A DNA stretch of 64,000 nt from an uncultured virus (IMG/VR IMGVR_UViG_2061766007_000951) (Duplodnaviria > Heunggongvirae > Uroviricota > Caudoviricetes). Positions within the stretch are counted from its first letter, which is position 1; each line of letters starts with the position of its first letter. Below are positions 18,157 to 28,037 of the stretch, piece by piece. Below the pieces are notes generated by a model. It searched no databases and was not told the DNA's origin. It saw nothing but the letters and a program-made list of their open reading frames with translations. The position numbers and the translations under genes were made by a program. The DNA lies in IMG/VR virus record IMGVR_UViG_2061766007_000951, one strand, 5' to 3'.

Positions 18157-20754
18157 TTATAAAATGGTTACTCCGTTTTCACGGCTTTGAGCAATCTGCA
18201 TGCTCTGTGTATATGTGCCCTTTTCCATTTCAGATGAAACAATCTGATTTATAATTACGCGAAGTCCATCCGGCGAAGGCTGAGCACTTGCGCTTACCTT
18301 ATCGCTCGCGTTGTTTTCGATTGTTATAGGCATGTTTATTACACCACCAGCGCCACCACCATTTGCAGTTTTCCAGAGCTGTGCCTGCTGCTGTGCGTTG
18401 AGGATCATCTCGCCGGTACGAGCATGAATGTATGTATTATCGCCACCAGCTGTTGCTCCATTTATACCACCAACAACACCACCACCGGCAAACGCTGGAG
18501 ACTTTGGCTTATTTGCAGTGATGGTTGCAATCTGAATTGCGCCGGATGCGGCAACAAGCGCACCCGTGATGATTCCGGCAATACCGCCCTGAGCAATTGC
18601 TTTTGCAACACCTTCTGCAATATTAGCAGTTGCCTGAACAAGACTTGCGGACCATTCCCACATTTTAAGCTTATACTCTTCTCTTGCTGCTTTGCGGTCA
18701 ATTTCCTTTTTCTTTTCACAATATTCCTCATAAGAAATAAGCCCGTCGGTGTACTGCTTTGAAAGTTCAGTAAGTTCTTCCTGTGTCTGCTCTTCGTTGT
18801 TCTGGCGGGCAAGGTCGGTCATTTGCCCCGTAATATCAGCAAACTTTTCAACATAATCGCTTATGTTTGAAACAGTCTGCGCCATGTTGTCTTTCTGAGC
18901 CTGCTGTGCTTCTTTCTGCTGTCTGATAATTTCTTCATCAATATTTTTCTGAGCATCAGCAAGCTTCTGTTTCATGGCAATTTCTTCTTCTGTGAGTTCT
19001 GCCTTCTGATCCAGATAAGATGCATAAATATCAAGCATTGTGCGCTGTGCTTCAAGAGTTTCTTTTTCCTCTGTCTGCCAGGCATCTACTATTTCTTCAT
19101 AATGAGCCCATACATTCTGCTTTTCTTCTTCAGTTGCGTTTTCAATCTGTTCAATAATTTCAACGTTTGCTTTAGCCTGCTCGCCCCATTCCTTGATTTG
19201 AGCGCGAGCTTTTACTTCGTGGCTGTAGCCGCCGGAATTGCCCTTAAACTCTTCTGAGCTCATCATTTTTACATAAGCATTTACAGCGGTATTGAAAAGC
19301 TCCTGTGCTTCTTTTTCTTTGGTAATTTCTTCTCCGGCCTGTTTTCTCAGGCGGATTTCTTCTTTCTTCTTCTCAATGGTTTTATCATATTCATCGCGGA
19401 GCTTGTCTCTTGCATCAATAGCAGCCTGAGCTTTTTCTTCTGCACTCAAAGCGGCGGCGGCTTGAGTTGCTTCTTCAAGCTTTGGAGTAAGTTCTTCAAT
19501 TCTGTCTTTATTTGATTTGATGCGCTTATCAAGAACTGTTGTTGTGTAGCCCATTTCATAAGCTTCTGCATTAAGAGTTTTCCACTCTTTGGAAGCGTTT
19601 TTTACTGCAACATTCTGAGCTGCAAGATCTTCTTCAACCTGTATAATTTCAGGATGCATCTTGATGAATTCTTCTTTGAGGTATTCTGCATTTGCCATAA
19701 GCTCTGCAGCACCGGCAGACATATCCTGATTTTTTTCGATGTAGGCTTCCATCTCTTTATTGAGACTGTCATAAGTTTTCTGTAATTGAGCCTGTTTTTC
19801 TTTTTCGCCTTTTACAAAATCATTCTGAGAAGTTGTCAGGACAACCTTATATTTTTCATACTGTTCATTCTGCTTTGTAAGAAGGTCTATTTCTGACTGA
19901 ATTGTGTCTTTTGTACCCTGATCATCATTCTGAGCTATAAGGTTTAATTCTGCTTTAAATTCTTCAGCTTTTTCCTTGGCAACAGTCATTTTACTTGTGA
20001 TGCTGTCAAAGAAGTTGCTCAGAACATGTCCGACAGTATTCTGAAGATTAGCCCAGCCGGAACCTAAAACTTCCTTAAAATCACCAAGAGAGTTTTTGTA
20101 TTTTTCCCAGCCTCCGGTCTGCTCTGTTATGGCTTTAGCCATTCCTGCATACTGCTCTTTTATAATTCTGATGGCTTCACCGTTTTTGAGTTCTTCTGTG
20201 GTAAGCTCTTTAATGCCTTTTATCTGCTTTCCCAAAGTTCCGGTTGTGCCCTGAAGAGTACCGTTTAATGCAGAAACAGCCGCATCCATAGACATCATGC
20301 CAGATGCAGATAAATCTACAGCAGCCGCCATAATATCCTGAATTTCTGTCTGAGTACGTCCGGCATTGGCAAGCTCTGCCATCATCGGCAATAATTCTTC
20401 ATCACCGATTTTTGAGATTTCCTGCAATTGTCCTGCATAAGCTTTAAGCTGAATTACAGATGCATCTGTCAGATAAGGATTATTTTTAGCGGCAGCCTGA
20501 AGCTGAACCTCTGCTTTCTGCTGTTTTTGTGCCAGCTCTGTATTTTCTTTTATGGCTTCATTTACTTTCTTAACAGCATTTACACCAAGACTTGCAGCTT
20601 TTGTTACAGCCATAAAACCTGTTGCAAGAGCTGTTACATCATTGGATTTCATTGACTTTGCAGATTTTTGAAGCTGATTTGCAAGTTTTTTAATTCCGCT
20701 CTCTGCTTCTTTTGTTTCTGCATCAAACTTTATCGTTACGTTCTTCTTGGCCAT
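18157..20754 (-). CDS. Tape measure protein
   Basis: 865 aa Ala/Glu/Lys-rich helical; FAGGGVVGG..GDN..GEMILN C-terminal motif. Confidence 0.9.
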   Translation of the reverse strand: MAKKNVTIKFDAETKEAESGIKKLANQLQKSAKSMKSNDVTALATGFMAVTKAASLGVNAVKKVNEAIKENTELAQKQQKAEVQLQAAAKNNPYLTDASVIQLKAYAGQLQEISKIGDEELLPMMAELANAGRTQTEIQDIMAAAVDLSASGMMSMDAAVSALNGTLQGTTGTLGKQIKGIKELTTEELKNGEAIRIIKEQYAGMAKAITEQTGGWEKYKNSLGDFKEVLGSGWANLQNTVGHVLSNFFDSITSKMTVAKEKAEEFKAELNLIAQNDDQGTKDTIQSEIDLLTKQNEQYEKYKVVLTTSQNDFVKGEKEKQAQLQKTYDSLNKEMEAYIEKNQDMSAGAAELMANAEYLKEEFIKMHPEIIQVEEDLAAQNVAVKNASKEWKTLNAEAYEMGYTTTVLDKRIKSNKDRIEELTPKLEEATQAAAALSAEEKAQAAIDARDKLRDEYDKTIEKKKEEIRLRKQAGEEITKEKEAQELFNTAVNAYVKMMSSEEFKGNSGGYSHEVKARAQIKEWGEQAKANVEIIEQIENATEEEKQNVWAHYEEIVDAWQTEEKETLEAQRTMLDIYASYLDQKAELTEEEIAMKQKLADAQKNIDEEIIRQQKEAQQAQKDNMAQTVSNISDYVEKFADITGQMTDLARQNNEEQTQEELTELSKQYTDGLISYEEYCEKKKEIDRKAAREEYKLKMWEWSASLVQATANIAEGVAKAIAQGGIAGIITGALVAASGAIQIATITANKPKSPAFAGGGVVGGINGATAGGDNTYIHARTGEMILNAQQQAQLWKTANGGGAGGVINMPITIENNASDKVSASAQPSPDGLRVIINQIVSSEMEKGTYTQSMQIAQSRENGVTIL

Positions 20755-20806
20755 AGTTATCTCTTAAAAAAAATGATTCGTTATAATAAAGTCAGTTATA
20801 TAAGTA

Positions 20807-21391
20807 TTATTTTGTAAAAAGAGCGTTGAAGGCTTCCAGGTCTTTGTCTATCTGTGCCTGATTTTCTGCAGGAAGCTCCCAGGCGTTGTGAAGCGATTGC
20901 ATCTGTTTTCCGTAATCGGTGTCTGTTTTTCCGTTCCAGCTTCTATAACTCATAATCTCGTTGAGCTTTGTATTATGGAGCCCTTGTATAAGAGCAAGAA
21001 ACTTGTGCCAGTGCATCTGTACTGCATGGCCTTTATCGTCTGTGACAAGAAGATCTATTTTGTATTGTTCCTGAAAAGCTGCATAAATATAGTCTGCATC
21101 TATCTCATAATCAATAACTTTACCAGAACTCTTGCCTCCGGTATTTCTTGGTAGTTCACTTTTCGGCTGGAAGAATTCAAGCAGCTGTTCAAACGCTTTT
21201 TTCTTGTAAGTTGCAGGCGGCACTTCATCAGCATAAATAAAATCTACTTCATCAATTACTGCACCTTTTGTGTTTACAACGCGTGAAAAGTTGAGCCAGT
21301 CGCGGAAGTCTGTTTTAATTGGAAAAAGCTTCCCGTCCACATTAATGCAGTCGGGAAGCTTTACTTTGGCAAGAGAGAGCATTAGTCTCAA
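20807..21391 (-). CDS. Tail assembly chaperone (Gp15-like)
   Basis: IKTDFRDWL, DADYIYAAFQEQYKIDL, MHWHKFLAL. Confidence 0.75.
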   Translation of the reverse strand: MRLMLSLAKVKLPDCINVDGKLFPIKTDFRDWLNFSRVVNTKGAVIDEVDFIYADEVPPATYKKKAFEQLLEFFQPKSELPRNTGGKSSGKVIDYEIDADYIYAAFQEQYKIDLLVTDDKGHAVQMHWHKFLALIQGLHNTKLNEIMSYRSWNGKTDTDYGKQMQSLHNAWELPAENQAQIDKDLEAFNALFTK

Positions 21392-21927
21392 CCTGCAGGA
21401 GCTTGGGTTACTGTGTAATCACCTTCTGTAAATGCTGTAATAGTTCCGGTAGAAACGGTTACATATCCCTTCTTCACTGTGCCATTGAAATTTGTATCAA
21501 AGGTAAGTGTTGAATCAACGCTGTTCAGGTCGTTCAATGTAATTGTACAATCACATCTCCAGGCCTTAAAGTGTGTGTGATTTACTGCAGTTGTGTCTAC
21601 AGGCTCCTGGAAAAAAACAAGAAGAATTTCACTCTTTGCATTTTCGCCAGTCTGCATCTTGAAGAACTTGTCGAAGATAAACTTGTAGTCATCGTCGGCC
21701 TCATACATAACAAGCGGAGTGTTGAAAGCAGGATTGTATTTCTTGAGCTCTGTTGTAGGGTTTTCATCGCAAATATAATCGTGCTCTTCTGTTTCTGGAT
21801 TCATGTTCAAGTCAAAGCTAGCAGTCTTGCAGACACGCATCCAGCTTGGATTTGTTTTATCTACAAGACCTGTTTCTGAGTCAATTGCTTTGTTCAAGAA
21901 CGGTGCAATCTGATGTTTCTTAACCAT
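21388..21927 (-). CDS. Major tail (tube) protein
   Basis: MNPETEEHDYICDENPTTE; position; strong RBS. Confidence 0.75.
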   Translation of the reverse strand: MVKKHQIAPFLNKAIDSETGLVDKTNPSWMRVCKTASFDLNMNPETEEHDYICDENPTTELKKYNPAFNTPLVMYEADDDYKFIFDKFFKMQTGENAKSEILLVFFQEPVDTTAVNHTHFKAWRCDCTITLNDLNSVDSTLTFDTNFNGTVKKGYVTVSTGTITAFTEGDYTVTQAPAG

Positions 21928-21968
21928 AATTATAGTCTCCCTTAAATTGGTTTATAAATAATGTCATA

Positions 21969-22475
21969 TTACGATTCTATGACTTCTTCTTCCTCTTCCG
22001 GCTCTGGCGGAGTATAAGCTTCAAGCTCAAACTCTGTTATAGCATCCAGTGAAAGCTCAAAGGCAGTCATCTGCTGCGCTACAGCTCCCGTGTCCGGATA
22101 ATACTGGATGTTCGTAATTACGCTTTCTTCAAGGTCTCCAAAGTCAGGCTCCTTTGCGTGTGCAATCCAGAAGGCGCGGGCATAGCGGCACATTCTTTTT
22201 ACTAATACCTTATAGGTTGCTTTCTGAAATAAGAAAGTAACCGTGAATGCGGACCTCTGCGAAGTACCGTCAATAAAGCCTGGTTCCGGCTCCTGATTTT
22301 CCGGAAGGATGGAAACGACAACCGGCACCTCATAACGAGACAGGTCCACGGTTCCGAAAACTATATTATCTTTTGTAATTGCCGGAAGTGTAAGGCCTGT
22401 TTCTGCAAGCCCCGGAAGTTCCGCGTTTACATTTGCAAGAATAAAATCTTTAATATTTTCTGCTATCTGATCCAT
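21969..22475 (-). CDS. Putative tail terminator/completion protein
   Basis: Size and position upstream of major tail gene. Confidence 0.5.
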   Translation of the reverse strand: MDQIAENIKDFILANVNAELPGLAETGLTLPAITKDNIVFGTVDLSRYEVPVVVSILPENQEPEPGFIDGTSQRSAFTVTFLFQKATYKVLVKRMCRYARAFWIAHAKEPDFGDLEESVITNIQYYPDTGAVAQQMTAFELSLDAITEFELEAYTPPEPEEEEEVIES

Positions 22476-22478
22476 TTA

Positions 22479-22934
22479 TTACCCCCAGTATTTCTCAAGT
22501 TCTTTATTAACCATCTTCTGCACTTCTTCCATGTATGCGCCGCTTTCTGCATACTGCTGTCCCGCCTGAACAAATCCGCGCGGTGCTATATGCCAGTGCG
22601 AAGCTCTCTTAGTCGGTCCGTCGTGTCCATAAGAAAGAGTCATGGCTTTCGGAAAGATCGTGTTTCCGTTCCCGCTCAGGGCCTTCGGAAACACGCTTGC
22701 TGCAGAGCCGTCTTTCTTTACTTTGTAGACATAGGCCTTCAAAAGCTCGCCGGTGCGCCTCTGCAGGTCGCTTGTGTTTATGGCAGCCTTTACACGCTTT
22801 GCAGTTTCTTTGGCTGCTATCCTTAAAACGCTTTTTCTTATGGACTTTAAGCTTTTAGATGTTCCGGCAAGAGCCTTTTCAACATCCTCTATATCAACCT
22901 GTGTTCTAATCAGCTGGTCGTTCGCCATAAACAA
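22479..22934 (-). CDS. HK97 gp10-like neck protein
   Basis: RRTGELLKA, LSYGH, IAPRGFV. Confidence 0.6.
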   Translation of the reverse strand: MFMANDQLIRTQVDIEDVEKALAGTSKSLKSIRKSVLRIAAKETAKRVKAAINTSDLQRRTGELLKAYVYKVKKDGSAASVFPKALSGNGNTIFPKAMTLSYGHDGPTKRASHWHIAPRGFVQAGQQYAESGAYMEEVQKMVNKELEKYWG

Positions 22935-23278
22935 TATCCTCTACAGTTTCGCCCCAGAGCTCCCATTCCTGCACCAGAGCTTCGTAATAAACAAGTGTGA
23001 GCGCAAGGTCCTTTGTATTTTCAACCGGCTTCAATTCCCTGCGCACAGGCTTCGGCGGTAAAACTATTTCCTTTTCATTCTGCTTTGTGCTTCTGCACGA
23101 GAGAATTGTTAGCATCAATAATGCCATTAACAATGTTATAAACTTCTTCATNNNNNNNNNNTTCCCTGCGCACTGGCTTTGGCGGTAAAATGATTTCCGG
23201 TTCACTCTGTTTTGTGCTTTTGCACGATAGAATTGTTAGCATCAATAATGCCATTAACAATGTTATAAACTTCTTCAT
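22906..23278 (-). CDS. Putative o-spanin lipoprotein (5' part duplicated across a gap)
   Basis: MKKFITLLMALLMLTILS-C lipobox, Pro-rich LPPKP; overlaps 3' end of i-spanin in another frame. Confidence 0.65.
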
Positions 23279-23513
23279 CGTCCTGCGCTTCTCCGAGCTG
23301 TTCTTCGAGCTTCTGCTCGTTTATTTTAATTTCCTGCAGTTCTTCTGCATGATTTACCAGATAAACAACATTTTTTTGAGCCTTATCAAGTTCTTTTTCC
23401 AGGTCTTTTATAACGTTTTTATGTTCCTTAAGCTTCTGGAACAGAGAATAAATGACAGATGCCATAATCAGAAAAACTACAGCAATTGTAAGAACTATTG
23501 TAAAAGTGTTCAT
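23202..23513 (-). CDS. Putative i-spanin
   Basis: Single N-terminal TM helix then coiled coil. Confidence 0.6.
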   Translation of the reverse strand: MNTFTIVLTIAVVFLIMASVIYSLFQKLKEHKNVIKDLEKELDKAQKNVVYLVNHAEELQEIKINEQKLEEQLGEAQDDEEVYNIVNGIIDANNSIVQKHKTE

Positions 23514-23743
23514 TCGCTCCTCCTGAACTTATCGAGCATGATATTAAGGTCAATTGTTCCGGCTCCAAGCCCGTAAACGACAGCCCACATAAAGCAGATT
23601 TCTGTTGAATCTGCTGTAAGTTTTCCACACCATTTAAAAATATGGCAGACAATAATTCCAAGAACTGCAAGCACCTTAAAAACTTTGCTCATTGTTTTGG
23701 CGCTGGTGAGCTTGTCTTTTGTCTGTTCTTTTGTTTCTTCCAT
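23510..23743 (-). CDS. Holin-like two-TM protein
   Basis: GGAGG RBS, two hydrophobic segments, in lysis cluster. Confidence 0.5.
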   Translation of the reverse strand: MEETKEQTKDKLTSAKTMSKVFKVLAVLGIIVCHIFKWCGKLTADSTEICFMWAVVYGLGAGTIDLNIMLDKFRRSE

Positions 23744-23824
23744 AAGTCCTCCGTAGAAAAAATGACCCGCCGTTTTGAGCTTCTTCGAGAGGCTTGGCGG
23801 GNNNNNNNNNNNNNNNNNNNNNNN

Positions 23825-24025
23825 ACCTGCTGAAGCTTTCTTTTGGAGCATCTGCTTAATAAAGATAATCAGAAGTCCGATTGCTTCAACAATTCCGAAA
23901 ACGAGCATCGGAACTTTTTCAATATTACCGACATCTGTACCACCCAAGATAAGCACAAGAGTGCCAATAATCACCATAATCCAGGCTACAACCTGGACCC
24001 AAACCTGCTGAAAAAAGTTTTTCAT
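23825..24025 (-). CDS. Holin-like two-TM protein (end lost in gap)
   Basis: Two TM segments, basic tail; follows peptidase gene. Confidence 0.5.
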
Positions 24026-24036
24026 AGTTCCTCCTA

Positions 24037-24465
24037 CTATTTAGCAAGCTTTATAATTCGGGCGGTTACTGGCCGCCCTTTATCTACACACTGAGAGTAA
24101 ACAAGCGGATTAAACTTAATCATTCCGTTTTCTACCCCTACCCAGTGGCTTTTACCTTTGTAGTCATAGCGTACCGGTGTACGGTTTTTAATGCCCCGTA
24201 AATCCTTTATATCCTTGAATTCAACGGTTATTTTGCGCCCTGTAAGATGTTCTGCAGCTTCTACCCATTTGACAGTACAATCTTCTTCAATGGCTTTGGC
24301 TTTAATCAGATCATTTACGGTTTCTATTGCCTGGTAATCATCAGGCTCTATTCCAAGGCACCACAAGAGAACAAAGGCGCAGCATCCGTAACGGCTTATT
24401 GCTTCGAGCCTCTGTGGTGTAATGTTTTTGGAAATATCTTCAGCTTTTGTCTGTGGATGGTCCAT
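24037..24465 (-). CDS. Papain-like (C39/DUF261-like) cysteine peptidase, candidate endolysin
   Basis: YGCCAF...SHWVG...FNPL Cys/His/Asn arrangement; between TM genes. Confidence 0.55.
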   Translation of the reverse strand: MDHPQTKAEDISKNITPQRLEAISRYGCCAFVLLWCLGIEPDDYQAIETVNDLIKAKAIEEDCTVKWVEAAEHLTGRKITVEFKDIKDLRGIKNRTPVRYDYKGKSHWVGVENGMIKFNPLVYSQCVDKGRPVTARIIKLAK

Positions 24466-24698
24466 TAATTAACTCCCAGCTTTACCAAAATAAATGCAAC
24501 AACCCCCGAAACAACGGCAGCAACAAGAGGATTAAGCCAGCGGTCTACACTCTTGTCGATTTTCTTTTCAAGACTCGAAAGCCTGAGCTCCTGCTCTTTT
24601 GTCTGCATTAAAAGTGTTGTTACCTGATCCAGTTTGCTTTCAATCTGAGTAAGGCGGTATTCTACAAGGCTCTGGCTGTCTTTATTTTCATCTCCCAT
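24465..24698 (-). CDS. Small coiled-coil plus C-terminal TM protein (lysis-associated)
   Basis: Ortholog 35957-36193. Confidence 0.55.
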   Translation of the reverse strand: MGDENKDSQSLVEYRLTQIESKLDQVTTLLMQTKEQELRLSSLEKKIDKSVDRWLNPLVAAVVSGVVAFILVKLGVN

Positions 24699-24706
24699 AA
24701 AACCTC

Positions 24707-25234
24707 CTAGAACCTACGCTTATACTGTGCAATCTGCTTCAAGAAGCGGTCTGCCTGAAAGTTATTGAAAACGCGGCTTCCGGTATCTGCAAAAGTTGTT
24801 GAGCTTACGGCAAGATTTCCGCCTGCGCTTTCCCAGAGGAGTGAAGCAAGTTGTAAGGCTGTTGTCTTTATAATTTCAGGAACTGTCTGATAGCCTGCAG
24901 TGAATGTGAAAAGGTATCTTGAACCTTTGAGGAATGATGAACCGTCCTTAAAGCAGATGTAGTTTTCCGATTCTACTTCTACTTCTGCAGGACTGTGAAT
25001 TTCTCCGTCGATAGAGAATGCTGTAATTGTGCTTACAGGCCATGCACATAAGGCAACAAGCTTTCCGTTATCACCTTTTATTTCCTGCGTATATGTCTGC
25101 TGTTCCGGATCATATCCAAGATAATCGCGCACCTGTTCCATTGCCGCATTGCAGTATCCTGCCGGCTTTGTATCATTCTGCTCACATGTCTTATCCATAA
25201 AAGCCTGGAGCATCGCGCTTGTAATGAATGTCAT
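24707..25234 (-). CDS. Head-tail connector/adaptor
   Basis: AMEQVRDYLGY, FTAGY.TVPEIIKTTALQLA. Confidence 0.75.
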   Translation of the reverse strand: MTFITSAMLQAFMDKTCEQNDTKPAGYCNAAMEQVRDYLGYDPEQQTYTQEIKGDNGKLVALCAWPVSTITAFSIDGEIHSPAEVEVESENYICFKDGSSFLKGSRYLFTFTAGYQTVPEIIKTTALQLASLLWESAGGNLAVSSTTFADTGSRVFNNFQADRFLKQIAQYKRRF

Positions 25235-25236
25235 TA

Positions 25237-25533
25237 TTAGTCCTCCAGTATTTCACAGCGTCCAGCTGCAGCCATTTCCACGGCATCCCTGTAAGGAATT
25301 GTGGCAATATCACCCTTATGATAGGTTCCATAAGGTGCGCACAACAAATCAAGCATTTTTACCTTTGCATGACGAAAATAGTCGCCGGCTTCAACAACCG
25401 GACGCTTCTTTTCAACCTTTTCGACCTTCTGAATATCTGCTGTTTCTGCAGTTTCAATTTTCTTTTCATCAGCAGTTTCTACTGCTTTCTGCTCAGGTTC
25501 TGCCGCCTTTGTGTTTGTTTTTTTACTAGCCAT
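25237..25533 (-). CDS. Hypothetical head-associated protein
   Basis: Ortholog 36861-37130. Confidence 0.6.
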   Translation of the reverse strand: MASKKTNTKAAEPEQKAVETADEKKIETAETADIQKVEKVEKKRPVVEAGDYFRHAKVKMLDLLCAPYGTYHKGDIATIPYRDAVEMAAAGRCEILED

Positions 25534-25544
25534 TTTTATCCTCC

Positions 25545-25973
25545 TTAAAAATTTGGCTTTTTACCTTTTCCATAATTGTTGTTTTCTACCATGCCGTCCC
25601 AGGCAAGCTTTAAGCCAAGCCCCGCAAAATAACCAACAAGAAAAGCAACTGCAGGCCTCTGCTGCGCATATTCATCATTGGCAACCATAGGAGCTCCTAC
25701 GATTGAAATATCCGTATAACCCAAAAGCCATGCATAAACCAGCATTGCGCTTATGGAATTGTTTATTGGTAATCCCTGGTTATAAACTTCTTCTGGCATT
25801 TCGTAAGTTGTATTAGGATGCTTTACCTTTATGCCGTGCAGTTCAAAATATCTGTCTGCACCTTCGCGTTCGTCTACCCCTACCATCCATATTTCACGGT
25901 CAGGCTCCCTTATCTGTTCAACGCTCAGATGCCTGTTCGCCTTACCGCAAATCATCAGTTTTTTCTCTTTCAT
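25545..25973 (-). CDS. Conserved protein resembling a sialyltransferase/Maf-type Rossmann fold
   Basis: LMICGKA, NSISAML..A...GYTDISIVGAPM, EY..QRP; ortholog 37120-37566. Confidence 0.4.
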   Translation of the reverse strand: MKEKKLMICGKANRHLSVEQIREPDREIWMVGVDEREGADRYFELHGIKVKHPNTTYEMPEEVYNQGLPINNSISAMLVYAWLLGYTDISIVGAPMVANDEYAQQRPAVAFLVGYFAGLGLKLAWDGMVENNNYGKGKKPNF

Positions 25974-25995
25974 ATAAATAATGTCAATTCAAATA

Positions 25996-26022
25996 AAAAA
26001 CCCCCGCCGGAGGAGCGAGGGT
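25996..26022 (-). terminator. Intrinsic terminator after major capsid gene
   Basis: ACCCTCGC-TCCTCCG-GCGGGGGT followed by T-tract; counterpart at 37588-37613. Confidence 0.75.
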
Positions 26023-26084
26023 AAACTTACATCTGGGCAGAAGTGAGTTTTATATCAAAAGCTGTAAAGCTTATGATTTTCTTA

Positions 26085-27320
26085 CTACGCTGTAGCAGGA
26101 TCAGAACCTGTTGAAGTAGTTCCGCCGACCTTCATACGAACGAAGGCTTCGCCGAGAACAGGCATACCGTCTGCAAGTGTGTGTCCGAGGTAGCCGATGC
26201 AGTTCTTTGTTGCAAAAGCTTCAACGAGTACCTGAACTTCAACATTCTTCCAGTAAGCGAACTTGTAATAGTCCTTGAAGTCTCCAAGAACGATTACATA
26301 GTTGTTTGTATGCTTGCCGTTTGGTGCAAACTCACTTTCAACTACAGGCATACCAAGAATGGTATCCGGTTCACCGTCGCGCAAGCCTGGACGCCAGAGG
26401 TACTGTCCGTCATTATCCTTCAAGAGCATGATTGTCTGAAGAATGTCTGTATGCATTACCCATACAGCGTTCTTGCGATAACCAGGACGAAGTTTCATCT
26501 TCATCTTGATAAGGTCGTCAGCACAGCAAACCATTCCGCTTGCTACAGTGTAAGCAGAGCGGTCTGATGCAATATCGCGTGCTGTTGGAACACCGTTGAC
26601 TGATGCTGTGAAAACACCAAGAGGCTGGCCTGAACCATTACCTGTCAAGATGCCTGCTTCAAAAGCAGACATGAACTTGTAAGCAAGCTTATTGCGAACA
26701 AGCTGGTCAATAGGTACAGCTGAAGAAGCGAGCATCTTCTTTGAAACCTTAACAAGCTTTGCAAGGTCTGTTGGAATAAGTTCGCGTTTGCTGAATGCCC
26801 ATGAGCTGTCTGCAGCAATTGCTTCGCTTGGAACTTCCTGAGTCCAAGAAGCATCAGATGCGTCTGTTGATTCGTAAGGAATACCGAGCGAACCTGCACC
26901 AGATACCGGAATCTTGTCTACTTCTTTGTAGATCTGTGTATCTTTTTCGATGGCAGCGATGATTTCATCAGAAAACTCCTGAGGAGCCAGAGCGTAGCCA
27001 CTTCCCTGTGAGCCGGATGTTCCGACTGTAAGATCGCGTTTCTCGCCCTTAAGGAACTTGCGGAATTCTTCTTTTGCATCATCATCAGGTGCACCACGAC
27101 CTTCATCATCCTTTGGAAGAGGAAGAGCTGAAGCAAAACCTTCGATGACAGCCTGGCGCTCTTCTGCTGCAATCTGAGCAGAGAGTTCTCTCATCTCCTT
27201 TTCCTTTTCGTCATAAAGAGCTTTTTCTTCTGCAGTAAACTCTCTTTTCTCACCGAGAACCTTCTCGTTGAGTTCGCGCATTTCAGCAATAAGCTGTGCG
27301 CGGCGCTGTTTCTTATCCAT
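26085..27320 (-). CDS. Major capsid protein, HK97 fold with delta domain
   Basis: GYALAPQEFSDEII, GNGSGQPLGV, LKDNDGQYLWRP, TILGMPV. Confidence 0.95.
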   Translation of the reverse strand: MDKKQRRAQLIAEMRELNEKVLGEKREFTAEEKALYDEKEKEMRELSAQIAAEERQAVIEGFASALPLPKDDEGRGAPDDDAKEEFRKFLKGEKRDLTVGTSGSQGSGYALAPQEFSDEIIAAIEKDTQIYKEVDKIPVSGAGSLGIPYESTDASDASWTQEVPSEAIAADSSWAFSKRELIPTDLAKLVKVSKKMLASSAVPIDQLVRNKLAYKFMSAFEAGILTGNGSGQPLGVFTASVNGVPTARDIASDRSAYTVASGMVCCADDLIKMKMKLRPGYRKNAVWVMHTDILQTIMLLKDNDGQYLWRPGLRDGEPDTILGMPVVESEFAPNGKHTNNYVIVLGDFKDYYKFAYWKNVEVQVLVEAFATKNCIGYLGHTLADGMPVLGEAFVRMKVGGTTSTGSDPATA

Positions 27321-27347
27321 AGTTTAATTCTCCCTGGAATAAAAAAA

Positions 27348-28031
27348 TTACATATTCTCAAGCAGTTCAAGCTCGCGTTTGCGTGCTTCTGCTTCCAAAA
27401 CTGCCTGACGCTCTGCTTCTTCCTTCTTTTCAGCTTCCAGTCGCTCCGCCTGAATCTTCTCGATCAATCCGTCTGAGAAGCTTCGTGCTGATATAGAAGT
27501 GTGGTCATCAGCTGGAATGCTGACAACTGAAACATCATACAGCTTTCTTATTTTGGTTATAGTGCGTAATACAACGCGCTTTTCCCCCTCTGTAAACTCT
27601 TCTGTCTTGTCATCTTCAACTACAAAGCGATAAGACATTTTTGTAAGGTAGCCGCCTTCAATTTCTTCGTGAATTTTGCGTCCTTCTTCTGTTCCACCAA
27701 GGTAGGCATCAACCTTAAGACCCTTTTCCTCAATTGTGAGCTTTAAGGTGTCGTTTGAGAGGCGTGCAAATACACGACCTTCATGATTCAGATTGAAAAT
27801 AACATCGCTCATGTCGCATTCATCAAAAGCATGAGAATCTACCTGCTCGCGTACTTCCCATTCCTGGCCGCCCCATTTCTCGCGCCAGAGAACAAAAGGC
27901 TGGTTGAACATTGTAGAATAACCGGAAACACGATATTCCGGTTTTTCCGAGTTGTTTTTTACAGCCCGCAGCTCCATATCACGATACTGCTGGCCGTCTT
28001 GTATTCTTTTAATAAGTTTTTGTACATCCAT
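27348..28031 (-). CDS. HK97-family prohead protease
   Basis: FNLNHEG, MSYRF, LYDVSVVSIPA. Confidence 0.92.
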   Translation of the reverse strand: MDVQKLIKRIQDGQQYRDMELRAVKNNSEKPEYRVSGYSTMFNQPFVLWREKWGGQEWEVREQVDSHAFDECDMSDVIFNLNHEGRVFARLSNDTLKLTIEEKGLKVDAYLGGTEEGRKIHEEIEGGYLTKMSYRFVVEDDKTEEFTEGEKRVVLRTITKIRKLYDVSVVSIPADDHTSISARSFSDGLIEKIQAERLEAEKKEEAERQAVLEAEARKRELELLENM

Positions 28032-28037
28032 TTTTGG

